From the NCBI GenBank assembly GCA_964016885.1, contig OZ024754.1, positions 27,218,001-27,282,000 of the forward strand: a stretch of DNA of 64,000 nucleotides, given 5' to 3'. A model generated the notes under the pieces. That model saw nothing but the letters and a program-made list of their open reading frames with translations. It ran no database searches and was not told the DNA's origin. Source of the stretch: Eledone cirrhosa. Lineage: Eukaryota. The position numbers and the translations under genes were made by a program. Shown here piece after piece: positions 26,448-40,393 of this stretch. Within the stretch, counting starts at the first letter, position 1. Each line of letters starts with the position of its first letter.

Positions 26448-27160
26448 GGGTTATATATCCATGATGTAATAGTAGGAAAGCACTGGACGTTGTACTCGCA
26501 TTTCGGCGGGTAGAAGAAGCGAAACGCAACGCAAATTCCGAGTCATGCTGGCAAGCGCTCCATGGGCTAAAGAGACCAGCGCAATAAACATAGGTTATAA
26601 AGGCCATACAAACTGAAAAGGCGGTCAAGAAGCCGTTAATCACTTAAGCTCCCAAAAAAAACGAGTCAAGCTAAACGGGTCAGGCAAAATAAATGACATA
26701 TTCACTCGGCCCTTCGAATTGATGGTATAATCCAGTATAGGGTTTCTGCGACACCTAAATCAATAATACTGTCTGTTTAAAACAATAAGCTTCTGGTATA
26801 ATGATCGAACGAGGAATATCACGTTATCAACAGGTATTTTGTTCTGCGCCAGTGTTGTGGATGACACAGTATATATTTGTTTGCTTTTGAATTGTGGTGT
26901 GTAAGTGCTTTAGTTTGTTTGTCACAGTTCTCTTTGTGGTGGGAAATTAAAAACAGAGCAAAGCACAAGTGATGGCTTTCGATCAGGAATTTTTGGAAAA
27001 CATGTGTATATAGTATATACGTTTAGGTGTGTGTGTTTTGGAGATTACTTCGCGCCATATATTTATATATACAGAGAGAGACGATTTTAAATGTATATCC
27101 TCTCTCTCTCTCACTCGCTCTCTCGCGCGCGCGCTCTCTCTCTCCCTGTATATAAATATA

Positions 27161-27224
<64 letters not shown>

Positions 27225-28130
27225 TGTGTGGATGTGTGTGTACGTATTTGTATATGTATTGCTTTGCGGACGTATATAATGAGCTCTATAAAATTTGCAT
27301 ACGTTTTTTTTTCATTTCATACTTCAATTAGCTACATGAAAACCATAAGAGCTGATATCCTTTTACACATATATATATACTCGTATGCAAAACATACATA
27401 TTAACACACTCACACACAGAGACATTACACGGAAGCGCAAACACACTACATAATAGACACTACACAAACAACATAGGGATCCACACACAGTACGCAGAGA
27501 CAAGACACACATTCACACCCGTAGAGCGCACATGAGATAAACAAGCGTTTTCCTTTAATCTTCCTTGATATATATTCCTTTCCTATCATTGTTCAATGTT
27601 TCTTCCCCATCTTTTAGTGCACCTCAATTATAGGAATGATAATATGTTCACAGGAACACATTTAGTTCTCTCTCTCTACCTCTCTCTATTCCCTCTCTCT
27701 CTATACCCCTCTCTCTCTCTCTTTACTTCTCCCCCTCTCTCTCTACCTCTTTCCTTCTCTCTCCTTCTCTCTCCCTCTGCCCCCCTCCCTCTGTCACCTG
27801 TCCCGCTATGCTGCACAGTTAGGCACTCTGGAAATACACAGTTATATGTCACAGAAACACACACACACGCATACATATATATGTGTATGTGTGTGTGTGC
27901 GCGTGTATATACATGTATGCAGGCATATCTCCGTGTGTAATACTTATTTCCACTCAACTTCTCTTACTTGATTCCATCCTATCTGTTCTTATTTACTGGA
28001 ATAATTGCAGGAAATGATACAATAACACCACACAAACCTTCTATCAGTTATATCATATATATAACTGAAGAATTTACCAATTTTCCTATTAAAATTCACT
28101 ATTCCTTTTTCTTTCTATTATTCCAGTTAG

Positions 28131-28352
28131 AGGGGGTGGTGGATTGGCAGTATCGGTAGAGGGCCGGACGACATGCTTTGCAGCATACAGTTACGGCTCT
28201 TTATGATCTGAGCTCAAATCCCGCCGAGGTTAACTTTGCCTTTCATCCTTATGGGGTCGATAAAATAAAGTACCAGTCACGCACTGGGGTTGATTTAATC
28301 GACTTTCCCCTGCCCTAAAATTACTGGCCTTGTGCCTATATAAGGAACCATT
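28131..28352 (+). mobile_element. SINE family A (long variant) with 17-bp TSD
   Basis: attattccagttagagg at 28117-28133 and 28350-28366. Confidence 0.9.
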
Positions 28353-28448
28353 ATTCCAGTTAGAGGAACCGAATGTGAAATATCTTCCAAGGAAGATTTC
28401 AAAGAATATAAAATGACTCAATGGTCAACAACGATATCTTGTAAATAC

Positions 28449-28799
28449 TACGACGGTCGCCTGAAAAGTTCATAGGCTGACAAAATATACTGACATGGAA
28501 TGACCAAATGACTTATTTGTCAACAGTCTCTAGAAAGAGACAATGCAGTTGTTAATAATTGTTTCTACTTTTGGCACAAGGCCAGCAATTATCCCAGTGT
28601 ATTACTGGTACTTTATTTTATCGACCCCGTAAGGATGAAAGGCAAAGTTAACCTTGACAGGATTTGAACTCAGACCATAAAGGGGCGTAACTCTTTGCTG
28701 CTAAGCATGGCGTCCGACCCTCTACCGATACTGCATGTGCGATTTTAGATCTCTAGCATCACTCCTTCATAGTCAGCCTGTGATTTTTTAGCCCTTGTA
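28449..28799. mobile_element. Mariner-like MITE relic interrupted by a SINE A copy (28557-28733, minus)
   Basis: tacgacggtcgcctgaaaagttcataggctgac / gtcagcctgtgattttttagcccttgta degenerate TIRs with TA ends. Confidence 0.55.
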
Positions 28800-28933
28800 T
28801 ATCGGTTTCTGTTGTGAAGGAGCTTGGCTTAGGGTTTAGTGTCTTCCACTCTCTAACGTAAGGTTATGAATTCAATTCTCTGCGGCACAGTTTAATTTCA
28901 TATTGCTGCAGTCCACACAGGAGGAAAACATTA

Positions 28934-29123
28934 TCGTATATACTCGAATATAAGTCGACACCATTATTTCATGCCTGAGAAATGGGCAAAATGCAAACTT
29001 GATTTATATAGAATTTGAAGTTGGTAGAAATCGTCAAAATATTAACACCGAATGTAACCCGAAACCTTTCTACTATCGATTTTGGGGTCACATATTCCTC
29101 GGCTCATATTCGAGTATATACAG
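28934..29123. mobile_element. Tc1/pogo-type MITE
   Basis: TA-tcgtatatactcgaatataagtcga ... tcggctcatattcgagtatatacag-TA. Confidence 0.8.
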
Positions 29124-29463
29124 TAGTTGGTCCTGTATTTCAAATAACCACCCCTTTTCACACACCGTTAAGAAGAAACTCGCTGACGACTGTCTGTCTG
29201 TAGAATTTTCAGTTTAATGGCATTTACATATATCTCAAAGGCTAAATCTCCCTGAGAACTATATATTTTTGAAATACAAACCTGTATATATAGATATATG
29301 TTTGGGCTTGTGCTTATGTCCTGTAACCTAACAACTGGAAAACATCGATAAACTAAATTGGAATTAATTACACGGGTTGGTAAATGTTTTAATAAATCAA
29401 GGTTGAAAACCTACATGGCAGCAGTCTCATGACGGAGACCAGGATAAAAAAAAGAATATGTAG

Positions 29464-29497
<34 letters not shown>

Positions 29498-29841
29498 GTA
29501 TATATATAAACAAGGTTATATACAAAATTTAAAATAGTATACTTATATAACAGAGTGTCACTTTAGAATGGTTTCTGTATCTGTAAGACGTTATTTTATC
29601 TTCGACCTAGACTTGGCTGGTTTTGTAGCTTATTGCTTCCTGTATAGATCTCAGATTTCATTTCTAGGTCTCATCACTTTCACAATACGAGTATCTTATG
29701 TACTTTTGTTGAAATACGTTAAGGTCATCGATTATATATACATTAAGTAACATGTTTTGTTTGTTTCATGATTCTTTATCCAAACCATTTCATGATATAT
29801 ATCCAAACCATATATATTCGCTCACCGCCTTCAAACATTCT

Positions 29842-29914
<73 letters not shown>

Positions 29915-29930
29915 ACAGACACACACACAG

Positions 29931-29993
<63 letters not shown>

Positions 29994-30085
29994 TCTTTGA
30001 AGGTGGCGAGTGAAGTTTAGAATTGAAATAGAAATAGAAGCTACGCCGTAACATTGACTAAATAATATAATGTATATATAATCAT

Positions 30086-30147
30086 TAGCGTAATGGTAGC
30101 ATACTAGTCCGGCAAACGAGTCGGGTGGGCTCGACTCCCATCTTTTT
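30086..30147 (+). other. tRNA-like relic (A and B boxes), probably a SINE head
   Basis: tagcgtaatggtagc and ggctcgactccc followed by a T-run; no proper acceptor stem. Confidence 0.35.
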
Positions 30148-30648
30148 CCGTTCAGAGCGTTTATACGCCCAATTATTAGACTATATTATTTAGTTACGGA
30201 TTCTATTACTACTATATATATTACAACTATATATATATATATACGGCTGTTATTTCTAGCACTGTGAGTATGAGATAGCTAGTGAGATGTGTACCTCGTA
30301 CGTTTGTACTTGTGAACCACTCCTACAACATTTTTTGGAGGTGAAATGTCCTAATTTTTCTGGATTCCTGTTTATAAGCACAGAAGATTTGAATATTTCA
30401 CTTTTTATACCATCGTTGCGAAACATATTTAGGTTTTGAAGTTCAAATTCATCTACGGACCAGGTTTGGATTTTGAAATTTAAATTTGTCCAGGAATCAC
30501 GGCTTTTGCCAATATGGGTTTGTTTTTATTGATTTATATTGAGACAGACAAACTATATTTATTTTAATTAGTTTATTTCATTCTAGCTAACTTCGTCTTT
30601 TGCAATACAAACACTTATGTGTTTATCATATATTAATTTATATTAACT

Positions 30649-30772
<124 letters not shown>

Positions 30773-31013
30773 GGATAACAATTTATCGTTACAGGTAATC
30801 CAGTTAGAGTATTCCGCGTCGTGGATAGTTTTAACGTATGGCTTTGTTTGACTCAACAAGATGTTTTCATAGTTATGCAGCGAGTTTGCGGTAATTACTA
30901 TGCAGGTATATATTGGAGATCGATTGACTCAGCCTCAAGCGATTAGCGAACTCTAGATACATCTGATCAACGAAACAATTGTCAGTACTTTAAATAAAAC
31001 CCTTATTGTACAG

Positions 31014-31079
<66 letters not shown>

Positions 31080-31424
31080 TATACGTATATGTCGGGTCAC
31101 TCTTGAGGGCTATATGTAACATGTAACCCAGTACAACCTGTCGCATGGCCGGGTCATCGGCGACCACCCACCAAATTTACTTGGTTAGGAGGGTGATTTT
31201 GGACACCCTGCAGGACAAAAAACAAAACCTGACAAAGGGCGGAAGAACTTATAAGGGTCAACGGCCATCCAAAAGTGTGTAAATATGTATATACACATGT
31301 AAATGTGTTTTGTATATGTATATGTGTATATACATGGGTGCATGTGTATGTATATGCGCCGGGACATAGAAATAGTCGGCTGGGCACCCGATCGCGCGGT
31401 TAAACCACTGGGAGTGAAAATGCT

Positions 31425-32337
31425 CCATACAATCTACAGATTAAAGACCATATCCCTAAAATATTATTTGCTTTCCTAGAGAAAAACCTCCCACCAAACC
31501 ATAAATACCATCAAATTTTTAATAGATCTACTGTCAAATTTTCCTACTCCACTACCAAGAATATACAACAGAATAAAAGTGCTTACAACACATATAAGTG
31601 TAAAAAACCCCATAAATATACCACCAACACATCAAACCAACCATAATAATACTAAAATAAACTGAAACAAACCACCTTCTTCTTCACCTATAATAGGTCC
31701 CGTAAACTCCACACCAATTTTGACTAATAATCTCCAAAACAAACAGAACTCTACCAGCTCCACATCCCCTAAACTATCACCCACCAACAACCTGTCTAAC
31801 CATAATAGTCTAATAACAACCCATTCTAAACCATACATTAATGAAATTAGTAACACTAATACCACTATAGATAACACATTTAACTCTCCTGACACAATAT
31901 TTACGAATGGTTGTAACTGTAGAATCAAAAGAAATTGCCCATTAAGGGGAAATTGTCTTATTAATAACATAGTCTATAAATGTGTAATTAGAACTAAGGA
32001 CTCCACTCAATCCTATATAGGAGCTACGTCTAACCAATTTAAAGTAAGATTTAATACCCACAAACATAGTTTTAAAAATGCCGCATTAGCTAATACAACC
32101 TCCTTGGCTGAAGCAATTAATAATTATAGAAAGAGGGATATTCATTAAAACATGACCGGCAGCGTGCTCAAAAGGGCCACCCCTTATCAAAATAGCAGAT
32201 ATGAGTGTAGGTTATGCTCCCAAGAACTATCTGAAATCATGAAATATAATGATATCCTATTAAATAAGCGAGAGGAATTAATTATATCATGCAATCATAG
32301 AATTACAAAAACCTTCAAATATTATAAACTTAATTAG
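31425..32337 (+). pseudogene. PLE C-terminal region with GIY-YIG endonuclease (frameshift ~31640, stop at 32146-32148)
   Basis: HKYHQIFNRSTVKFSYS; CNCRIKRNCPLRGNC; IVYKC...YIGATSNQFKVRFNTHKHSF; CRLCSQE...LNKREE...CNH. Confidence 0.85.
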
Positions 32338-32372
32338 TATATACCTCACTCTTATATTTTACATATCATTAT

Positions 32373-32555
32373 GATTGGCAGTATCGGTAGAGGGTAGGAC
32401 GCCATGCTTTGACGCATAGAGTTACGGCCCTTGCCATTCTGAGTTCAAATCTCGCTGAGCTTAACTATGCCTTTCATCTTTACGGGGTCGATAAAATAAA
32501 GTACCAGTAATACACTAGGTAATTGCTGGCCTTGTGCCAAAAGTAGAAACAATTA
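32373..32555 (+). mobile_element. SINE family A inserted in the PLE 3' region
   Basis: Aligns to family A. Confidence 0.9.
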
Positions 32556-33275
32556 GGATAAATTAAAACAATTTTTTAAAATTTAGTTAACCTATAATTA
32601 GAAATTTACTACAGAGAATTTCATAATTTTATTTCACTCTTACACCTCACTTTACCTAAAGTTATCTTTAACCTCACTACTTCTTTTAGCCGCATTCCCT
32701 ATTTATCACATTTAATACCTAAGATTATTAAATATAATTAATATCTTTAATATTATGGATGTTTAGATAGATACACTGCTTTCTATAAAATGTTATCTAT
32801 TTCAGTTTTCCTATATATTTTTTTTTATTTTTTAATTTTTAAATTTTTTTTATTTTTTTACTTCTTTATTTATCACATTCATAAGAATTACTATAATTTT
32901 AACTCTGTAAGTATACTTATCAATTAATTTAATTTCCTTTTCTGTATCTAGGTTCCTTGAAATTTAAATAAGATTAGTATTTCTCACTAATTGTTTTCCC
33001 CTTCGCTTTTAACAGCATTTTTTAATAACATCAAATTTTTTGGGACTCCTTCACTATTTCCTTGATTTGACCTCATTTTAACCCCTATCTTTCTCTTCCC
33101 CATTGTATTCTTTTCATTCAAAGCATAAATTTACATTCCTCCACTCCTAGCATCAAATTCTACTACTGTTATTCTATCAACTTGACCTCTAACTCTTTTC
33201 TATTGGTCAATTCAAAACCTGTTCCCAAAGGGACCTTTTATATTAATACTTTATTTCTTTCATTAAACATACTTC

Positions 33276-33416
33276 ATCATTTCTGAAGATGGCATATATA
33301 GGTGAAGGTATATATTATCTCCTCTGATAATTTGTAATATTTTATTTACAGAGATCTTTAACATCATATACATACCAACACACACATATATATCCCAGAA
33401 ACGATCGTAAAATGAT
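33276..33416 (+). ncRNA. Type I hammerhead ribozyme with extended stem II
   Basis: atcattt CTGAAGA tggcatatata...tatatatccca GAAA cgatcg TA aaatgat; 7-bp stem I, palindromic stem III. Confidence 0.75.
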
Positions 33417-33494
33417 CAATTTTTCAATATAAGGAATCTGTTCTTTGTTTTTATTTCATTGTTTTTATTAATTTATATATATATATACATATAC

Positions 33495-33680
<186 letters not shown>

Positions 33681-34162
33681 TACGGGTGAAAGATCATCTT
33701 TCTTATACTGTTCCAAATATATGTTAGACTATTTTACTCAGACTTTGCCTATTTTGGGTAAATATCAATTTTTACATAATGATTTATATATATTCTATAC
33801 AATCATATTGTTACTATTATTTGACATATACTGAGGTGAATAGAATTCTGTAACGCAAAATGTTAAAGAATACTCATGTGATATCTTATGAGATAGACAA
33901 CGCCAATTTCCAAAAATATTTATTAGGTTGTGTGAAAGGAAGGAAAACACGATTTCTTTAGATATAAGCGTGTTACACTGTACATGGTTGTAACTGAAGA
34001 CAATTTAAATGACTTTCTGTCTGTAGAAATAAATATATTTATATATATATATAAATATATTTATTTCTACAGGTGAAAGCAATAAGGGTGAAAGCAGCGA
34101 TTCTTTGCTTAAACTTTAATCTGTTATTTTAATAAATAAATAAATATATATATATATATATA

Positions 34163-34358
34163 TAGGAACGAGTAGGACCCGACAGCTGAGCTCAAGCCGT
34201 TTCCACGGCTAATTCTGTACTTAGAATTAGCCATCGAAACGGCTTGAGCTCAGCCGTCGGGGTCCTACTCGTTCCTATTACCCACTCTACTACCCTAAGT
34301 ATTGAGTACTTTGGTGCGTTATGGTCCACCTGGTTCCTTACCACATTTCCTTCGTTAT
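34163..34358 (+). mobile_element. Family X hairpin element
   Basis: Hairpin 34163-34277 with few mismatches, plus tail ending ttcgttata; (TA)n on both sides. Confidence 0.9.
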
Positions 34359-34530
34359 ATATATATATATATTGATACGTTTGTTTGATTTCCCTATGAA
34401 TAATAAACCATGTGATTCGGCTTATAGCAACACTGTGTCGTACCTTGCACAAGTCTTTACTGTGGATTCCGCTGGACCTATGTCGTCTGAGCGGATTTTT
34501 TTTCATATACAGAACCTGGAGAAGTTTGTC

Positions 34531-34598
<68 letters not shown>

Positions 34599-34702
34599 AA
34601 ATGAAATTTCATGACGTACAGTAGTATGTATATACATACATGTATGAATGTATATACATACTACTGTACGTCTGTATACATATATGTATGTACGTATACA
34701 TA

Positions 34703-34788
<86 letters not shown>

Positions 34789-36110
34789 ATTTTATTCTTT
34801 TACTGGTTTCAGTAATTTGACTGTGGCCATACTTAGGTACCGCCTTATATATATGTATATACTTTTAAAGCAATTTAAATGACCGTATAGACCTAGTAGG
34901 GCATGACAGACTAGGTGACGTATCTAGCACTTCTTACATTGAGAGACAAAAAAAAAAAACGATATACAGAGATAAGTGAATATAAATTTTTGTTGTTGAA
35001 TCTTTTCGAAACCTCCATATACTCAAAGATTTTGGTTTTAGGTGGGAAAACGTTTATCATATATTGTTTCTCGAATCTTGGCACTTTTTTAATGATCGGC
35101 GTTAAGATGTCATTTCTCTCAGTCCGATAGTTTTTACATTGGAACCAATTGTGTCAAAGAGTCTCTGGAAAGTCACCACAAGAACATAGTGCTGGTTATC
35201 CACGATTAGTTCTGATAAACTGTAATTCAGTGATATATGTTCAGTTTGAAGCCAGCATAATGTTTCTTTTATTACTAACATTACTTGGTGTCTGATATGT
35301 TTTAGATGTCGTCAGATCTGATTGATAAAATGGAGGATTGAAATTTGTGAGATTCCTTCCCCAACCTTTACTCACCTTTCACTAATTATATTTTTGGCAA
35401 GTTAAAATGGGGGAAAAACTGAGAAAAGCTGGGATTATAAGTGAACAGTACTTGCGTCTTTGAAAAGCCTTGACCTAGAGAAAAACCAGAAAACAATTTG
35501 GAATTAATAAATTTTATTCCATTTATTTTATCACTTCTTCTTAACAGTAATATAATCTAAATTTCATAATAATAGAATATGTTCCACTAATAAGGTGATA
35601 TTTCTGCCTTGGCACTACTGACATAAATTCGGTAAACTGAAATTCTAATAAATTATAGAATATGCTGAGATAGTCTTCAAAAAGTAAAATATATTTAGAT
35701 ATAACATATTACTAACACTTCTGGGGCTTATTAAAGAAGTATTACAATATATATTTTTTCATGTTTCTATATTAGATTTCAAAATTTAAGAAATTTTCAG
35801 GCAACGTTTTGATTTCGTTTTGAATGGATTACGATATTATACACCAATTATTTTTCTTTCCTATTTTATTTCCCATTTTCAGCATCTTCAAGAAATTTAG
35901 TAAAATAAAACAATAATATACAAGAAGAAAAAAACGTAATCTAATTAGTCAGTTGAAAAATTATAGAATTATTAACTGAATCTTGTCAATGTCTTCAAAA
36001 CATAGTTTGAGATTCTATTCAAAGTAAGACTGTCTTTGTTAAGCGAACATAATGCCGAGAAAAGAAAAAAACAACGTCAGTATATAGGTTATATATATAT
36101 ATATGTATAT

Positions 36111-36910
36111 AAATTTTAGTCCAGCATTAACGAAGCTTTAGTTCGCGGCCAAGCTAACGAATGCAAATTCGGTCTGTAGCATTAGCACTCGGATGGGAAA
36201 AAGTACCCCAGAGTAATAACAATACGTTTAGACAGCTTAGCAAATCAAATATAGCGATCGGCAGTCCAGCCGCATCACCAGAACAACGAAAATACAGGAC
36301 CCAGGAAAAGATTTTTGACTGACCTGAACAAAACGGTGAAACTGAATGCAAAATATATAATGCATATCGTATAGCACACGATATACATCACATACAGCAC
36401 ACAACATCAGCGCTAGGTTTCTGCAAATCCAAGATCGACAAATTCAGGAGTCTGCAAGTTAATGGTTTTTGACGACAGAACAAAGGATTTCCTTCTTCAG
36501 TAAGTCTTGTGTTCTTTAGCCTCTGCGGGTGTGCTCTAGCGTTAAATTTCGCTATAGACACGTGGTTTTCTCCAAGGGAGGTAACCCCCGCTTTGGTGGT
36601 GAATTCCAATTTGAGACAAAGGAATGAATTCCTTTAGACAAACCGAATTAAGCACTCAACCAGAAGTTATCAAACAAACATAAACAATTAATCAATCAAT
36701 AGAATCGTCTAATTAAATTAATCAGTTAATTGTTAATTCTAGGAGTAAAATACAAATTTTAGTACAGCATTAACGAAGCTTTAGTTCGCGGCCAAGCTAA
36801 CGAATGCAAATTCGGTCTGTAGCTTTAGCACTCGGATGGGGAAAAGTACCCCAGAGTAATAATAATACGTTTAGACAGCTTAGCAAATCAAATATAGCGA
36901 TCGGCAGTCC
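36111..36910. mobile_element. ~800-bp non-coding element bounded by 157-bp direct repeats, in TA tracts
   Basis: 36111-36267 and 36754-36910 differ at about 4 positions. Confidence 0.6.
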
Positions 36911-36975
36911 TATATATAAGTAATGCACATACATCGATAAAATGATACACAAATGCATAAATATATATATATATA

Positions 36976-37220
36976 TAGGAAAATGCATAACCCCGACGGC
37001 AGAGTTCCAGCCGTTTCAACGGACTAAATTTGAATTTTTTAGCGTAGTAATAAATATTTATTACTACGCTAAAAAAAAAAAAAATTCTAATTTAGTCCTG
37101 AAATACCGGTCGAAACGGCTGGAGCTCTGCCGTTCGCGTTATACATTTTCCTATTACCCACTCTACGACACTAAGTATTGAGTACTATGGTATGTTATGG
37201 TCCATCTGTTTCCTTACCAC
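36976..37220 (+). mobile_element. Family X hairpin element (diverged, expanded centre)
   Basis: taggaaaatg...ccgtttc / gaaacgg...cattttccta; central agcgtagtaataaatatttattactacgct palindrome. Confidence 0.85.
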
Positions 37221-37241
37221 AATTATATATATATATATTAT

Positions 37242-37276
37242 AACAACAACAACAACAATAACAACAACAACATCAA

Positions 37277-37340
<64 letters not shown>

Positions 37341-37360
37341 AATAATAATAATAATAATAA
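37242..37360 (+). repeat. (AAC)n/(AAT)n microsatellite
   Basis: Seen directly. Confidence 0.95.
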
Positions 37361-37954
37361 GTTGACGGAACCAGCATGGGTTTCACTGCTAGTACCGGTT
37401 GCATCTCAGCGTACTCAATAGGTAATGTTAAGTAAACTCCCAGAGTAGACACATAGTTATTCACTTTAACACAACACACGTAATTGGGTACCTTCAATCT
37501 ATAGCCGAACTTGAGTTTCTGGCACATTTAATGCAGCAATAGGTGGGTGAATGTGGCAAAGATGGCCCGAGTGGTTGGGCCTTCTCTATATATAAGCCTG
37601 TAGGTTGAGGAAAAAGAGGAAGAGAGGAAGGGAGTACTCACTCTTGGTGCTCCTGGAGATAAGGGTTGTACTTTTTTTCGGGGTGTGTACAACCCCCGCT
37701 ATTGGGGATTTCAATTGTGATTTGTTATTTTATTAATAGTTCCTTTTTCATATGTAAACTCCCCATTTGTATTTGTCCCCTTCTTTTGTGCCTTTGTGGC
37801 TAATAAAGAAATTTATCTATCTATCATCTATTTTCCTCCATCTACTTATCCATTTATATATGCAAATAGTGAAAACAATGAAATTAAACAAAAAACGGTT
37901 AATTCATAGTAAAACTCATTATTTTACGATCGTTTCTGGGGGGTAGTTCCCCGT

Positions 37955-38124
37955 ATGTTCATTCTACCAATTGCTAATACTATCTATCGGTCGCAACTCC
38001 AGGTAGATGGAGCAACGTGAAATAAAGTGTCTTGCTCAAGGACATAACGGATCGCCCTGTCCGAGAATCGAACTCACAACCTCACGGTTTCTAATCCAAT
38101 TCTCTAACCACTCAGCCACACGCC

Positions 38125-38127
<3 letters not shown>
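37955..38127 (-). mobile_element. SINE family B
   Basis: Minus strand aaggcgtgtggctgagtggttag...gagttcgattctc...gtccttgagcaagacactt (CORE-like motif). Confidence 0.85.
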
Positions 38128-38170
<43 letters not shown>

Positions 38171-38971
38171 ATCTATATATATTATATACATACATATATA
38201 CATACATACACACACACACACGTTTGTGTTTGTATGTATGTATGCAAGTATAAGTATATGTATATGCATGTATGTATGTATGGAAATATGTATGGAAGCA
38301 TGAAAGTATATATGTATGTACAATATTCAAGAAGAAACAATAAAGAAAGCAATGCAATGAATTAATCATATATTAGATTTTCGCCAGATAATGTTGTCAA
38401 AGGAAATTTTATGATAGAAAAACTTCCTCATTTGTAAAATACACCAATATTTTATTGCTTTGTCAATTTTATCACTTTACTCACTTAGACCATTTCTATC
38501 TGAGCATCACAACAAAACCCCAATATCATTCTCATTCCATCTTCACTTCCCTAATCATAAAAAATGACAAAAAATGTTATTCTTTTAATTTTTTCCTTTT
38601 TCTTTTCCATTTTTATTACACCCTTTCATCGGTACATACACTCTTACACCCCCCTGAATCCATACTCCCAGCCCCTATCTTCTATTTATATATACATGCA
38701 TGTATACATCTTCAACACAACACAAGAGACCAGTTTGAAAATCGCACCGAATACGATAAATTTCCTCAGAGAGTTAACAAGGACTAAAGTTCTCCATAGA
38801 GGTTAACAAGGACTTACCAGAACTAACATCAATAACGAGTTATTTTTAAGATTTGAATTATTAAATAAAATCAACCACCAGTAAAGTCATTCTTCCCTAT
38901 TTTTTCAAATGTATCTTACTGTATCAAGTAATTCTCTTCATTTTCTGAAACACACATGCACCCCCCCCCCC

Positions 38972-39024
<53 letters not shown>

Positions 39025-39881
39025 TACTTATGCAAACTAAATATAGAGTTTATAATGAATAGGAAATAAAAACAATTATGTTTGTTTGCGCGTCTGCGCG
39101 TGTGTGTGTATGCGTGCATGTGTTGTACTACTAAATCGGAAAAATGGACAAAACAAATATAGAAATAATGCAGCAATGGAACAACAACTACAAAACAACT
39201 TAAAAGAAGCGACGTGAAATGTATAAAGTGAGAAGTGTTATTGAAGCAGGTGAAAACTGTTGATGTCAGCGCGAACCTCTTAATCCACTCGTTGTTTGTA
39301 ACTTTGGTCATGTCCAAATGAGATGTATTTGATGGGCAGCTTTCTATTACACGATACAGGGAATGAGAGAGTTCAGGCGAAACGACATATACATACACAA
39401 ATACACAGTGAAAAAAGAGAAAGAGTGAGAGACAGAGAGAGGAGAGAGAAGTGTCTGTAATATTATACACCCCGCCCCCTACACATATATATATATGAGA
39501 TAGAGAAGTTATGCTAGTAATTCTTGGATCAAGATTTTTCACCTTATGAACTGTTTATATATATTTTGATTCACAGTGTAAATAGACCCTTTGGTTAAAC
39601 TAGTCTAAATCACTTTCGTTTCTATTTAGCAACTGCTCAAGAATGTCTGTTCAGGTTGTAATAGTGAAATAGTTAATGTAACTTACATTAATTTCTCAAA
39701 CAATGCTATCGGAAGCATTGTCACTTCTGCTTCATTTCCATACAAGTATGTTGTTCTCTTGCAGAGTGCTAATTGCTTAAAGATTTCAGTTAACGCATTG
39801 TCAGTGAACGTACTTATATGCAAAGCAGTGAAATGTGAGAAACTTACTCATAGAAATTTAAACTTGTAACTTTAACTATCT

Positions 39882-40222
39882 TTGACATTCTGTACAGCGG
39901 AACGGAACGGGCATCCCCGTGTTCCCAACACAGTTGATAGTAAGGGTCTGACATTTGTGAACCCCTTTGCTTACCTTGGCAGTAAGGTGAACTTCTCTTC
40001 ATCCCCGGATGAGGAGATTCTCAATCGCATCTCCATAATAACTGAAGCCTTTGGCAAACTTCAGCGTCTATGGGGTATCAGAGTTATATCTTTAAAAAAA
40101 AAAATTGATTTTATCGTGTTGTGGTATTGACAACACCTTTATAAGGACATTTTATCGCACCCACATTTATAAGCTTGATGTCTTCCATAGATTGAGTGCT
40201 CTACCAATTTTGGATATTTATT
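39882..40222 (+). pseudogene. RTE-clade LINE RT C-terminal relic
   Basis: FAYLGS...DEEILNRI...AFGKLQRLW...; next frame YRTHIYKLDVFHRL...ILDI. Confidence 0.75.
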
Positions 40223-40265
40223 ACGAATATATATATATATATAATATATATATATATAATATATA

Positions 40266-40393
<128 letters not shown>

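Larger units (their letters stand above)
31425..33470 (+). mobile_element. 5'-truncated Penelope-like element (linker + GIY-YIG, long 3' region, hammerhead) ending in (TA)n
   Basis: Coding relic, followed by AT-rich 3' region containing a hammerhead at 33276-33416, then (TA)n. Confidence 0.8.

Noticed and set aside
30086-30147. Functional tRNA gene
   Set aside because: Acceptor stem absent and anticodon arm irregular.
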